48,384 bases of DNA from Trichomonas gallinae. Lineage: Eukaryota. The stretch is from positions 1-48,384 of the forward strand of contig MRSU01001892.1 of NCBI GenBank assembly GCA_008369845.1, written 5' to 3'. This document shows, piece after piece, positions 32,399-44,888 of the stretch. The notes under the pieces are model-generated. The model saw nothing but the letters and a program-made list of their open reading frames with translations, ran no database searches and was not told where the DNA came from. Within the stretch, counting starts at the first letter, position 1. Every line of letters begins with the position of its first letter. A program made the translations under genes and the position numbers.

Positions 32399-34194
32399 CG
32401 TTTTATGATTTTGCATTTTTTTTATTTCGTTGCTGTTTAAATAACATTAGCATTACCTCTAAAAAACCATTTTTTCATATTCCGAAATCAATATATCAAT
32501 TTTTTTGTTTTTTGAGATGATATTATGTCATTATTTTATAATTATGATTGCATAATGTGATACATAAAGATGAGTATATTATAATTTAAATAGATAAATT
32601 GGTCATTATCGACTCATATCTACAGGGTTCAAGAGATCAACTATAGAACCTTATTTTTTCCAGAGTCAGTTGTTTTGAATATTTATTACGTTGTGTTTAT
32701 CAATATCATGTTTGATCACTATAATTAGATAGTATACTGTTAATAGCTATATTTTCAGTTATAAACACAACACTTTGTAGTTCCGGTTCTTTGGCAAAAG
32801 TTAAATATAAAACAGCATATATTATGATGAATTCAATTCTCATGAGTAATATTATTATTTACTTATTAGGGCGAGTTCAGTTTTATTATAATAGCGTTTT
32901 GCTTTAAACCCAATATAAAATGGAGTGTACAATATATTTTAAACGAAAATATAGGCATCAGACCTTTACACTCGAGAAACATATTACCCACACGAATGTT
33001 AACACATATTAGGCCATATAAATGGATTAACCCGAATAATCAACTTTGAATAGATTAAAACTGATCAAATATATGCTGCAGCAAAGCTATGAATCCTTCA
33101 TCCTCACCTATGTTATTACAAGAACCAAAATCCGTAGTACGAGGATCAATTCATTAAAATCTCGATTATCCGATAAGAATTCTCTAACCATGAAATATCA
33201 TAATAGTATAAATGCACGGAACCTCTACATAGTTTTCCCAGTAATTTAAGCATTAATGCATTCAATCAAAAAAAATTTTCAAGAACGTTGATCGAAGTTG
33301 AATACTTCTGTCAGAAGCAAATCATTATTTGGCTGGAATCAAACAGATTAACAATAGTAAAAGTCCTGATTTTGATCTGACCATTTAATCAATAAATATA
33401 TTTTATTGCCTTGTTTGGCTAAATACAATAGCAATTACTAATGAATGCCTGAACCAGGAATATAATCTCACAATTAGAAGTCTAGGTTGAAGTGTTATGA
33501 GTTCATTGATTTCAAACACATCGGGATTATTACAAAACTTTTATTAGATTTGGGAGGAAATGACACCATTTAGTTATATTTTCAACCAAAAATAGCTTAA
33601 ATACACATTTTTTCGATATTCGATTGTTTATAGTGTATCGATATATATACAATATAAAAACACTGAATACAACTGACTCACTTTAAATTGACGGAAGAAA
33701 ATTGACACTTTGATAAGATTCCAATATAGCACCCCACTTTTCTGACAATTGAAAGAGACTAAAATTTTGTTGGCACTTTTTACAAATGCAAGTATCTAGA
33801 TAATACCATGCTACATGCTATCGAGATATTTAGTCATTCAAAAACCTACCTATTTTGTTTATATTTTTTTGAAAACAGTTAACAAAACTGCGAATTTTCT
33901 CGTAAATGTATTATAAAATAGTCAAAGGATATATTCTATTTTCTGAAGATTTTTTCAATATGCAGCGATTTTATTATATTAATGGATGGACACACATTTA
34001 TGGGATTATTACTTTCTTTTATAATTTTCAGTTTTGAGAATATTATTTAATTTTTCTGAACTGTTATTTTTCGCTTCAAAAACTTTCTCTGTCTATTTAA
34101 ACAGTACATGTATTGGCTTCAAATTATCAAGAGTTTACCAAATTCATTGAATTTTTGATAATTAATGCATGAAAATTGACATTATTAATATTTC

Positions 34195-34800
34195 ATGACA
34201 GAGACAGCCCAGAGCAAAATCCTCCTCAATATATATTATCCGGGTAAGTGGGTACTTAAAGTGAATGTCCTTGAAACGGCTACTAGCCATGATGTTAAAA
34301 AATTCATTAAAGATACACAAATTGAACTATTGTACAATGGAGAAATACTTCACAGAACTCATGACTTCAAGTTCTACGGATTGAAGCACGAAGATGTATT
34401 AGTCATTGTTCCGAAGAACAAAGATCTCAGAACAATATCTCAGAACTTGCAAAACATTGGCAAGGATGAAGACATTTTCAGAGAGAATATATCATCTGTA
34501 ATTGATCCACAAATTTCTGACGAAGCCAATCGTATCAGAGATATTCAACTCAGCAAACTTGAAAGCAAACCATCATTTTTCCGTAAGTTATTGAGCTCAT
34601 ATCAAGAAGATTCCACTCCAGCTCCACATAAATCTCACCAAACATATGTTGTAGCTCGTAATAGATTTTCCAAACCAAATTCCACACCACTCCCATCCTT
34701 TTGGTCTGAAAATCCGTCTCCACGCAAGCATTCTATGTTACTTACTTCAGATCCATTTACTCAAATCAAGTCCGAGGAAGCTCAGGTTGCTGATGATTAG
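34195..34800 (+). CDS. Hypothetical protein with N-terminal ubiquitin-like domain
   Basis: LLYNGEIL...FKFYGLKHEDVLVIV fits a ubiquitin-like fold; Pro/Ser-rich tail. Confidence 0.65.
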   Translation: MTETAQSKILLNIYYPGKWVLKVNVLETATSHDVKKFIKDTQIELLYNGEILHRTHDFKFYGLKHEDVLVIVPKNKDLRTISQNLQNIGKDEDIFRENISSVIDPQISDEANRIRDIQLSKLESKPSFFRKLLSSYQEDSTPAPHKSHQTYVVARNRFSKPNSTPLPSFWSENPSPRKHSMLLTSDPFTQIKSEEAQVADD

Positions 34801-36160
34801 TTGTTCAGTCTTATTTTTTGTTTGTATGTATTATATTAAACATGCTCATGGATTTATTTATTCCTTTTTCACATAAAACGACTATAAGATCGATATCCAT
34901 CGGATTAAAAGTAACCATACAGTTCAGGTTTTTACGTGTGATTCTATTAAATATGGTTATAAAGCATAACATATCTCTTCAATCGCAATTTATTGGTTTC
35001 AATAATTTTGAGAATTTTCCAATCATCTATTTTCCATATTTCACTGATATCTGCAATATATAGGACTTGGTTAGCACTATAATATCTATCAAGATGGAAT
35101 TTAACATATTTTATTGTTTCGAGATGGGTTTGCAACAGCAATGATACATTATTTGGCTATATTTGCTCTATCAAGGAGGCATATAATATAGATCCAGAAT
35201 ATTTCAAGATTATATTTTATGTTTGATTTGATTATTATAACCTTAAAAAGTCAGCATTTCTGATTAATTTGTCCAAAATTCAGAGGATTATACAAGGTTA
35301 TAATACTCATTCGACCGCAATTCCCTAATATATGAGCCATAAGAACTGTTTCCAACTGGCTTTTGATTTAAATAAATTTTCTTACATAAACTGGTCATAT
35401 CCTGATCATTTCGTATATTTAAGTCGAATGCACAAATCATGGAAGCTAGCTCATAGCAGGCCAATAAAACGACTAGCTCAATATAAATATCATTACAGGC
35501 TGTTCTGCGACATAAAATTTTTTGATAAGATTCAATTCAATTCCAGTCCTTATAAAATTTAGACTAACATGCAAAAAAATTGGTGAAATATGAACCTATA
35601 TAAGCTAAAATGCAGTTTTTCGCTATAAATTTCGAAGTAGATGGCAACGCTCATTGACAAAATTTCAGACACAATTTCCCGACGATTATTTCTCATACAA
35701 TTATTTTTGAGTAAACGGGGATAGAATTTTAAACTGAAAATACCAGTAGATAGAGTATATACGATAATGCGTATATAATCAAATTCAATTAAAACAAATA
35801 TTGAGTTCTTTTTTTTTCATCATAAGAAAAATTTTGTTATATTCTTTTATATAAACCTATTTTCCACATATTTAATAATAAAGTTTTCAAATTTTCAATT
35901 GTCGGACCATAAAGCACTAAGCATATTACTAATTAAAATACTAAAGTTTTTTTTCTGCTGCGGTTTTAACCCTCAAATCTTTTATTGTAGAATCTTGACT
36001 ATAGTAATCTATATGTTAAAATGTCTTGTAACCAAAACTCTCTCAAAAAATAAAAGAATCGTGTGATATCATGTATAGGTGATTTTAAAGGCTTTGACCG
36101 GAACATGTTTTTTCGTATCAAAAGTTTCATTCAAAAGTATAAAAAGTTATTTTTTTCATA

Positions 36161-37111
36161 ATGTTCGATGAAATGGTCAACATTATGAAGAAGCATGGGT
36201 ATGAGTTCGTTAAGCAGATTGGAAAGGGATGCTTTGCTACTTGTTATCTCGTCTTCGATCGTAAATATAACAAAGAATTTATTTGCAAGGCTTGCTACAC
36301 TAAAGAGCAGACAAATGAAGATAAGAACAAGCAAAAGTTCTACCACAATGAAATTGACGCTCTAATCAACGTTGTTCATCCTAACATAGTTAAAATTTAT
36401 AATTATTTTAGCGAGAACAACTATTTCTTTATTATTTTGGAATACTGCAAGAATCTCTCTCTTGACAAGTATATATACCATCATGGTGGTTTGTCAAATC
36501 TCGTGCTCTATGATTTTATTGTTCAATTCGCAGTTGCTCTGCAATACATTCATTCGATCGGAATAGCACACCACGATATCAAACCGGCAAACCTACTCTT
36601 AGATGAGTTTAAAAAAGTTAAACTCGCTGACTTTGGTTTTGCTTCTATCAAAGGCAGTGATGAGAAAGAGTTGCGCGGATCTTTAGCATTCATACCTCCA
36701 GAAAAACTCACAGGTCAGCTTTACGATCCTTTCGCTAGCGATACGTGGAGTTTTGGCGTCTCTGTTTATTATCTCGCATTTGGAGCGCTACCGTTTCCAG
36801 GAGACAGCAGAGAAGAGATCGAGAATAAGATCAAGAAGGCGAATTACGTCATCCCACCTAACGCACAAGAGTATATTAGGACGATTATTCAAAATACTCT
36901 TGTTGTTGATCCATCGAAAAGGATGACAATGGACCAAGTTGTCAGCTACCTCAAGACAAATGTAATGATGAACAGAGTTCTCCCGCAGACTAAGTCTGCA
37001 TCCCATGTTAGAACAGCATCTCAGTTCTACTACCACAGAATGAAGCGTATTACATCTAATCGCCTCATGTCACCCGTAATGCATAATACTTTTGCTGAAA
37101 TTGAGGTTTAA
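36161..37111 (+). CDS. Ser/Thr protein kinase, CAMK-like
   Basis: IGKGCFA, HPNIVK, HHDIKPAN, DFG, GSLAFIPPE, DTWSFG. Confidence 0.93.
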   Translation: MFDEMVNIMKKHGYEFVKQIGKGCFATCYLVFDRKYNKEFICKACYTKEQTNEDKNKQKFYHNEIDALINVVHPNIVKIYNYFSENNYFFIILEYCKNLSLDKYIYHHGGLSNLVLYDFIVQFAVALQYIHSIGIAHHDIKPANLLLDEFKKVKLADFGFASIKGSDEKELRGSLAFIPPEKLTGQLYDPFASDTWSFGVSVYYLAFGALPFPGDSREEIENKIKKANYVIPPNAQEYIRTIIQNTLVVDPSKRMTMDQVVSYLKTNVMMNRVLPQTKSASHVRTASQFYYHRMKRITSNRLMSPVMHNTFAEIEV

Positions 37112-37364
37112 TTCCTTTATTTTGTTTTGTTATTTGTTGTTTGATTTTAAATCATATTATTTGATTAATTGCTTTAATATTTTTATTTCTCTCGAAGAAT
37201 ATATTAACTTCCTCGCAATATTTTTCGATGAAACACATTTTTTTTCTGATATATTTTCATATTTTTGATTTTTTCAATATTTAACAAATTAGATAAGTCA
37301 AATACTAAAACATTTCGATGTAGTAACAAAACAATACTCATATTTATTCTAATAACAAAATAAT

Positions 37365-38369
37365 TTAAGCATTTTCTGGGAAATCATTTGCCATCTTTGT
37401 TTCATATGATTTAATCTTTGTTGTGATGACTTTAAAGTCTGTTTTCATTCTTCTCGAGTCATTCTTGAATCTCCTTTGAACTGTATTTGATCTTTCCTTC
37501 AAATCCTCAATCTTTTCAAATGATTTTTCTTCATTGACTTCTATGGCATTGGATATATCTTCAAGATTCTTCTGAACAATCTTAAATCTATCATTCAGGA
37601 TTTGCAGAGAATTATGATTTCCTTGCAAGCTTTCCATCGAATTATTCAGCTGAATGATCTTCTCATTGATTCTCTGGATGTCCGTTTTGACCGATTCAGC
37701 TGGTGTTGCAAATTCTGGTCGTGAAAATAATTTTTCAGCTTGAGAAGGCGAAAGTCTGATTATATCAATAGCCGATATAAGAGGATATGCTTCGTAGTGA
37801 TATTTATCAAGCATATCCATGATAAAATTAAAAAGCAAATTATGATCGCGATAGATGACTTCTTTCGACAAAACGGTTGCAATTATCTTCTCAAGGGCTA
37901 GATTGGAGAACGTTGGATTAGAAATTGCGGCATCAAGTCTTTGTGATATTAAATCAAGAATTGAATGAATGTCAATTCCAATTGGAATCTTATTTGCGTA
38001 TGTTATAAGCTCTTCTAATTCTATATTTTCGTCGATAAAACTTATTAATTCAGCTTGAATCGTATTAATATGCCAATCATCGATCAAAACTAGTAAATCT
38101 AATGATGTTTCTTTCTTGAATTCGTACTGATCTGTGTTAATGAGTGTCACTAATTCTTTGACAGCATCTTTTGATAAAATATCGTTTAAATCGACAAAAT
38201 TCGTATCAAGATGGAAAATATTTTCGCGAAAAACATCAGAATAAAGAGCAAATTTCATCTTATCAACCTTAATTTCTTCGCCTTTGTGATTGAAGCTAAA
38301 TGAATTTTCTCTATTTTCTATTGGTGTAACAACAATATTCTTCATTTTTCTATTCCTGACTTTTGACAT
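37365..38369 (-). CDS. BTB/BACK-like domain protein with C-terminal coiled coil
   Basis: KVDKMKFALYSDVFRE...LDLLVLIDDWHINTIQ and FSNLALEKII...HNLLFNFI patterns. Confidence 0.6.
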   Translation of the reverse strand: MSKVRNRKMKNIVVTPIENRENSFSFNHKGEEIKVDKMKFALYSDVFRENIFHLDTNFVDLNDILSKDAVKELVTLINTDQYEFKKETSLDLLVLIDDWHINTIQAELISFIDENIELEELITYANKIPIGIDIHSILDLISQRLDAAISNPTFSNLALEKIIATVLSKEVIYRDHNLLFNFIMDMLDKYHYEAYPLISAIDIIRLSPSQAEKLFSRPEFATPAESVKTDIQRINEKIIQLNNSMESLQGNHNSLQILNDRFKIVQKNLEDISNAIEVNEEKSFEKIEDLKERSNTVQRRFKNDSRRMKTDFKVITTKIKSYETKMANDFPENA

Positions 38370-38923
38370 TTTACATTTGACAATCTAACATTTTACAAAG
38401 CAAAAATTAACTTGATTTTTTTTTCCCGATTTCAACATCAAGAGTTCAATTCTGAACTTCCAAATTTTGTATTTATTTATATTTCATCTAAAATTTCCTA
38501 TATATCAACAATAACAATGAAATAATTGTTAAATATTTAGCTTATTAAAAGCTGTGATGAAATGTTCTTACAATATACTTTCTAACGAAGCTTATTCCTT
38601 AATAATTATATCATATAATCGCTATATGTATATAAGTTTAGTGTTTAGTTTACTATGATTTTTACGTGGGAGCTTTAGAGTTATGAAAAAATTTACATGA
38701 AGATTGTAATTCTCGAAAAAGAATCTCCATGTCAGATTGGTGACTTTACATGTCAAATGCAAAATATTTCTGACACGTTTATTTATCGTCAAAACTGTTT
38801 AATTTTAAAAGTTTACAAATCAAAATTAAATTTTACATAACAAAATATTTTGTAACATTTTTCTGACAATACCAAGTTTACATTTGACAATAAAGAAGAT
38901 TTTTGTCATTCGTCACTTTTCAA

Positions 38924-40516
38924 ATGGATACCAGAGCTCAGCCAAATTTATTGCATAATGGTGATGTTTATCTGGTAAATATACAGAATTTCCTGGAAAT
39001 GTCGGCAATTGCATACCAGAATTATAACCCTGACGCTGGTTTGCCAATAACTGTTCAAGATAATATTGACAAACAATCTTTTTCTTTATTTGTCGAATAT
39101 ATCAACGACGAAACATTCCAAATCAAGCCCGATAACATTTTAATCTTATTAAAATGCGCTTTAGTCTACGATTGCAACACTTTGTATGATGAAATTCAGA
39201 AACTCGTTTGCCAATTCCAAAACATTGAGTTGGCAATAGATGCACTCATACTCATCTCTCAGCATCACCTAATTTCGGCGACAGTTGAGGCTTTCATTGC
39301 AATAAATTATATCGCATTCATGCAAAACCCGAAGTTCTGCAGCATCCCGTGCGACGCAATGCACAGGATTTTGACATGGTACAACGTTCAAGTCGATTTC
39401 AACACGCAACAAATGCTTTCGATTTTCATGCAAATGGCCAATATCCATGGAATGGCTGCAACTCCCTTATTCATGCTTCTTGACTATTCTGAACTCACAG
39501 ACAACGTAGTCATGACAATTAGCAGCATCAAATCTCTCGATTTCGATGTGATAAATCCATTAATCAGAGATCGTGTTCAAAAGTCAATCCATGAGAAGAA
39601 GCAGATCATGAACCAGCTCAGCAGCCTTGAGAGCGAGCTTGAACGCGTTCAAACAGTTTATTCCCAAACAGAACAAAGAAATCGCGTTTTGACCTCTAAA
39701 ACAGCAGATATTGAAGCTAGAAGGAGGTCTGCATACACAGAGCTTCAAGAATACGAAGCCAAATACACAGATTACTCGAATCAGCTCGATTCGATCAGAA
39801 ATAACACAAAAGAATACACAGAAGCTTCCTCGAAGGGCCAAATTGATATCATCGATGTCAACAGAGAAATTGAGGAAATGGATCTCAACATTACTGCCCT
39901 TAAGAAGAAAATCAATGAAGCCGCTCAGATTAAAGCACAGCTTGCTCACCAGCAGCAGCTGCTTGAGAAGAAGATCACAGTCGAAGAGAAGAAGCCAGCG
40001 AATAACCAGAACCAGCCTAAACAAGAAATTCAACAGACAGAAGAACATAAAGATGAAATAGAAATAAGAGAGATCTATGTTGAACCTTCTCTCAAGCGTG
40101 TTAACTTCAACGAGACTGAATTTCAGAATGCTTTCGCTAATAACCAAGATATCAAATGCGAAATATCTTCTTCTCCTTCTCTCGACTACGCATTGAACAC
40201 AGAAGGTCCACTGAGAATGACGGAGTTCCAGATCATGTGGAGAAACGTTCAGGCGGGAAATCCGAGGGCTTGCGCAGATTATGGCCTTCATCTCATCAAA
40301 ACAGATCCGCTTTCCATGGATTTGGGCTTGAATTACATAGATATTGCGGTTTCTCACGATGATCCTTACGCACTTTATAACCTTGCTGCTTTGATTATTT
40401 CTGGAAAAGTTGATGGATCAAGAGAAGAAGCTGCAAATTACATTTCTAAGGCAGCAAGACTTGGTGAGCCTAATTCTGTTGCTATTGTTAAGAATCTTGT
40501 CAAATTAATTGATTAA
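38924..40516 (+). CDS. BTB-like domain, coiled coil and Sel1-like repeats
   Basis: ATG at 38924 follows TCACTTTT. FSLFVEYIN...NILILLKCALVYDC is BTB-like; ALYNLAALI...EEAANYISKAARLG is Sel1-like. Confidence 0.65.
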   Translation: MDTRAQPNLLHNGDVYLVNIQNFLEMSAIAYQNYNPDAGLPITVQDNIDKQSFSLFVEYINDETFQIKPDNILILLKCALVYDCNTLYDEIQKLVCQFQNIELAIDALILISQHHLISATVEAFIAINYIAFMQNPKFCSIPCDAMHRILTWYNVQVDFNTQQMLSIFMQMANIHGMAATPLFMLLDYSELTDNVVMTISSIKSLDFDVINPLIRDRVQKSIHEKKQIMNQLSSLESELERVQTVYSQTEQRNRVLTSKTADIEARRRSAYTELQEYEAKYTDYSNQLDSIRNNTKEYTEASSKGQIDIIDVNREIEEMDLNITALKKKINEAAQIKAQLAHQQQLLEKKITVEEKKPANNQNQPKQEIQQTEEHKDEIEIREIYVEPSLKRVNFNETEFQNAFANNQDIKCEISSSPSLDYALNTEGPLRMTEFQIMWRNVQAGNPRACADYGLHLIKTDPLSMDLGLNYIDIAVSHDDPYALYNLAALIISGKVDGSREEAANYISKAARLGEPNSVAIVKNLVKLID

Positions 40517-41353
40517 TTTTTTATAACTTGTGAGTTTATATATTATATGTTTGCTTAAATAAATATTTTTGTATTTGTTATCAACTCTCTTATTTTCACT
40601 CCTTAATTCTAATGTTTTATAAATCCAATTTAATATTTTCACTTTTTCTCAATATTTTTGAATCAAGCTTAGGGAAAACAGTTTATAATGCTGATAAATT
40701 ATTGTTGTTTTATAAATATTGTCCTCCTTAATGACTAACTCTAAAATATTAAGTATGAAGTTGCATTCATCGAAAACATCTGCCTCAGTAACTATATTTT
40801 TAAACGTTAGAATGCTTGTTTCATTAAGGAAATACAATTAACCAATATAACCAACGAAAATATCAAATTAAATGTTGCACTCAATTGATCATAGATATTT
40901 GTTCAAATCCAATCGAAATTTTCTACTGCAAGTCTTAAAGGTGCCTCATAAACATGCAATGCAAACTCATCTTTATTGTGTTGAAAGGTCATATCTTTAA
41001 ACATTCTCCGTTTGAGTAAATTTACTTTTGTTTCTCTTGTGAACTGAAGGAGAGTGAGAATGTTCTGGATTTGGTTTATATTGTTAATCGATTATTTCTC
41101 AAAGTTTTATATAATCCATGTTTAACTTTGTTATGTTACAATATAGATACAACACTATTTAATTATATACAAAAGTGAGTTCTATTTCATTTGAAAAAAT
41201 TTGCAAATTTTAAAAATAATTGAATATAGAAGAGTTCACGTTGCAAAAATGTTATATAGATAGAGTAGATTCCAAAAATCGCTGTGAAAAGGCTTGGATA
41301 AAAATAATTCTGTACGTTTAAGAAAAGTATAAACTTTATTTTTTAGGCGGCCG

Positions 41354-41770
41354 ATGGACAGCATTAGACGCGGACTTCTTGATTCTGAGACACAGCAGTA
41401 CAACGCATACACAGATGCCACATACACTCCACCACGCCTCACGCACAACGAATCTCAGGATTCATTCTACTATTCACAGGACAGTGAAGAAATGGATGAG
41501 GAGCTTCCAGACGAGGCAATGGTTGCATCCAAGGAGTTGGAACTCGAACAGCTTCGTCAATTGAATTATGATTTGAAACGCAGATTTATCTGGGATTTAT
41601 CTCTTGCCATGAAGAGAAAGCTTTGCTGCCAGCATGATTCCGGCACAGCCATTTTCCAAACAATCGCCAGAGTTCCAATTTCTCAAATCGTCGAAGATTA
41701 CGAGCAAGAACAGCCAGAGGTCGATGATTGGTTATCATGGATCAATGAAAAGCTCACTCGCCAAGTTTAA
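41354..41770 (+). CDS. Small acidic hypothetical protein
   Basis: 138-aa ORF with coding-like GC content against AT-rich flanks; stop reads TAAA. Confidence 0.7.
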   Translation: MDSIRRGLLDSETQQYNAYTDATYTPPRLTHNESQDSFYYSQDSEEMDEELPDEAMVASKELELEQLRQLNYDLKRRFIWDLSLAMKRKLCCQHDSGTAIFQTIARVPISQIVEDYEQEQPEVDDWLSWINEKLTRQV

Positions 41771-41928
41771 ATCATTTATCTGTCTTTTATTTTGTTTTAT
41801 TCTTCTTTTCAAAAATAAAACATTTTAACTATTTTGATATAATAAACATATAATAACTGTCATAAACTATTTAATACATAAGTATTTTTACTAAAATAAA
41901 CAACATGATAATAAAACAATATTGAAAA

Positions 41929-43257
41929 TTAATCCTTCTTATTCGTGAATGTCTGCACGAGATCGTAAATGGTGAAGTAAGTACAGGCACAGCCAAGAAC
42001 TAAGCCAAAAATAACCATAAAGAAGTGATAAATATTATAAGCTGAATATAGCTTATCTTTTGTTACTTTGAGTCTGCATAGTGAAGGAAATGCGAAACAC
42101 ATCAAACATCCCGGAATTGCACCTCCAAAGCCATATAAAATAGCAGAGTCGCTGATAAATATGCATAAAAGCACATTAATTACGTTAGATAAGCTGGCGA
42201 ATAATATTCTCTGCTTGAGAGAAAGCTTCTCATACATGCTTTCTCCGCAAATCTTGAAGGAGAAAAATTCGGTGATACTTCTTGTAACGAATGGATATGT
42301 TAATGTTACGACAAGGAACATTATTACTTGGCCAGCAATGATGACTGGGTCTTTTGGATTGAATGACATCAGAACATCAGGAGATGTTGATTCGCCAGAA
42401 ACTAAATAAGATAGGCTGGCGGAAAGCGTCACCAAAATGAATGTGAAGACATACGTCATACCTGTGACAGCCTTTCGCTTCTCAACTGATTGATTATAAG
42501 TTTTGATAATCGGAATCATCATGATAGGAAGCGCAAATGTAGACACGTGAATGCTTATTGCTGTAAACATTCTGTTTGAGTAACAATAACCTAAAGCTGA
42601 AGGCGATAATTTGTCTAAAACGAAAATTTCTTTGATTGACCATCCAGAGATCATTAATGTATAAGTAATGATTAAAGCAGTGATTAATATGCCTATGCCG
42701 GCCAAGTGCTGGATGAAAACTGGATAAGAAAGCAACACAGGGATTACTATTGAATAAATTGCTGAAATTGCCGATCTTGTCCATCTATTCTTAATTTCGA
42801 GGCCCAAAAGCTTGGCCCATGCCTGTATTTGGTCTGTACCTATCATTAAATATGATGCTGTGCATGAAAATGTGAAAAATAAATTTAAAATTTCGATAAT
42901 AATTTCACCTGCTTTGCCAAAAACAACGTAGCTAAGGTTAGAGAGGTTATTAACGTGAAGTTCAGCTTCCAAATATATCAAATGATTTCCACAAACCCAA
43001 CTTAACATGCAAATAACAATTAATGAGCAGAATGTTGGTCCAAAACCAGTGGCAGCAAACGTAATAGGAACATTTACGACACTTGCACTAACAATAGCGT
43101 TCGTAAGATTGACAAAAGTTTCAAATCTTCCAACTCTATTATCTCCGTGGTCAATCGCAATGTGGTGTGCATTAGAATGTATGGAATCGGAGCCTTCCTC
43201 AAAATCCTCCATTTCCACATTCATTATTTCAGAGTTTCGCCGCATGATGGTCTTCAT
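41929..43257 (-). CDS. Amino acid transporter (AAAP/SLC38-like)
   Basis: FVNLTNAIVSASVVNVPITFAATG, LTYPF and CFAFPSL; about 11 hydrophobic segments. Confidence 0.9.
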   Translation of the reverse strand: MKTIMRRNSEIMNVEMEDFEEGSDSIHSNAHHIAIDHGDNRVGRFETFVNLTNAIVSASVVNVPITFAATGFGPTFCSLIVICMLSWVCGNHLIYLEAELHVNNLSNLSYVVFGKAGEIIIEILNLFFTFSCTASYLMIGTDQIQAWAKLLGLEIKNRWTRSAISAIYSIVIPVLLSYPVFIQHLAGIGILITALIITYTLMISGWSIKEIFVLDKLSPSALGYCYSNRMFTAISIHVSTFALPIMMIPIIKTYNQSVEKRKAVTGMTYVFTFILVTLSASLSYLVSGESTSPDVLMSFNPKDPVIIAGQVIMFLVVTLTYPFVTRSITEFFSFKICGESMYEKLSLKQRILFASLSNVINVLLCIFISDSAILYGFGGAIPGCLMCFAFPSLCRLKVTKDKLYSAYNIYHFFMVIFGLVLGCACTYFTIYDLVQTFTNKKD

Positions 43258-44066
43258 TTTTGGGTTTTATTTTGTGGAATTATTTTCTGTGATGTTTACA
43301 ATATAAACTATTCAAAATTAAACGTTGTCACTTTTATAAAAGTGTCGATTTTTGAATATCGTTTTCTTATTAATGATAATTAAGAGTCGGTTATATCGGA
43401 TTTGGCATTTGCATCAATATAAATAGCTATTACTGCGGATTAGTGATAAACGCCCAAAAATTGATATTTTGTCATTGTTAATTTCGATTTCCATGGCAAA
43501 AATAGAGATATTTCTATCCTACTCTAGCATATATCTTTAATTCTTTTTTATAAGTAATGAACCCTGTCATTGGGATACTATTACCATATTAATCATGCTG
43601 ATTTTTTTAAAATAATCATAATTTATTTGTGATTCATGAAAACTTAGTCCAGATTAATTTTCAAATGTACATAGTTGATAATATAAATCTATACATGTCA
43701 AAGAATTGAATGAGATAATTTATGCATGCCTTTAATTGATTTGATGTTGAGAAAAGATTAATTCTTCTTTTTCCCTTTAATAGTTCTCTATTTAAATTTG
43801 ATTTTTAATGATATCTCATAGGATGTAATTTAAGATACTAGTTTCAATTGAAATACAAAAACAAAATTTATAACGAATTTCATCATCATGAAAAACTAGT
43901 TTATGATCAAGTTAACTAGATCTAACCTGATAGAAATATTTTAAATATGCAATAGAATATATTCATATGGTTTATACTTGTTGTTTATGAATTTGATTTT
44001 TTAGAAATTCTCACTTTTTTATTTCTTCATTATTTGATATCGTAAAAAGCCAATTTTTTTGATTAT

Positions 44067-44738
44067 ATGGATTTGCGCGACAGAATTTTTATATCTGCGC
44101 GCTTAAAATCGAATCTAAATTCAGAATTTTCGTCATACTTGTTGAAGACGTTCAAGGATTATGATAAATTCATTAAATCAAAATTATCATTAGAAGAAAT
44201 CTTAAGCAATTTAGAATCAAATCGATATAACTCCATACAGCAACTACATACAGAAATAAACAGATATTTTAACGACTTGTTACGCTATATTGGGCCAGAT
44301 ACAATTCTGGGAAAGGCAGCACTTACTTTAAAGCAATCAATTATTAAAGACACATCATTAAATCAATGCAAAAATAAGAAATATCGACCTTATGACTTCC
44401 AAAAATTAATGAATCGTATAAACGAAATTTTAGGATCAGTTCCAAATCAATATGATGACATAAAGAAAGCAGAAAACCAATCAACTCCCAAAAATGAAAT
44501 CAAAGTAGTTGATTTAACCCAAATTGAACAATTTTTGCAAATTAGTCAAGAAGATCTCAGAAGAGTTTACAGTTATTTAGCTGGGTTAAAGTCAGATGAA
44601 GATATTGTTAAAGTTACCGACATCATTTCGATTTTTGATCCAGATTATGTTTATCAAGGAAGAGCTTCGTTTTTTGTTCATAATTTATCACCTTTTACAA
44701 TCATTCTACTGCAAAATCATATGAGCCAAGCTCAATAG
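44067..44738 (+). CDS. Degenerate bromodomain-like protein
   Basis: YDKFIKSKLSLEEILSNLESNRYNSIQQLHTEINRYFNDLLRY follows the bromodomain spacing; the C-terminus is helical and possibly ET-like. Confidence 0.55.
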   Translation: MDLRDRIFISARLKSNLNSEFSSYLLKTFKDYDKFIKSKLSLEEILSNLESNRYNSIQQLHTEINRYFNDLLRYIGPDTILGKAALTLKQSIIKDTSLNQCKNKKYRPYDFQKLMNRINEILGSVPNQYDDIKKAENQSTPKNEIKVVDLTQIEQFLQISQEDLRRVYSYLAGLKSDEDIVKVTDIISIFDPDYVYQGRASFFVHNLSPFTIILLQNHMSQAQ

Positions 44739-44888
44739 AATGATATTTTGTTTATATATAGAGAAATAAATTTTGTTTGTTATTTTATTTATAAATTGAG
44801 AGTTATTTCATGATATATCATTAGTAAAGCATAAAAATAGATATAAGTTTCCGCTAAAAACATCATTTTTATTAAAGAATTTCGTTGG

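Noticed and set aside
32400..34190. Long spacer and ORF 33046..33249
   Set aside because: No recognisable domain, terminal repeats or RNA structure could be supported by eye.
7555..40357. Long antisense ORFs such as 7555..8244 and 39584..40357
   Set aside because: Mirror frames of biased coding sequence with no protein-like motifs.
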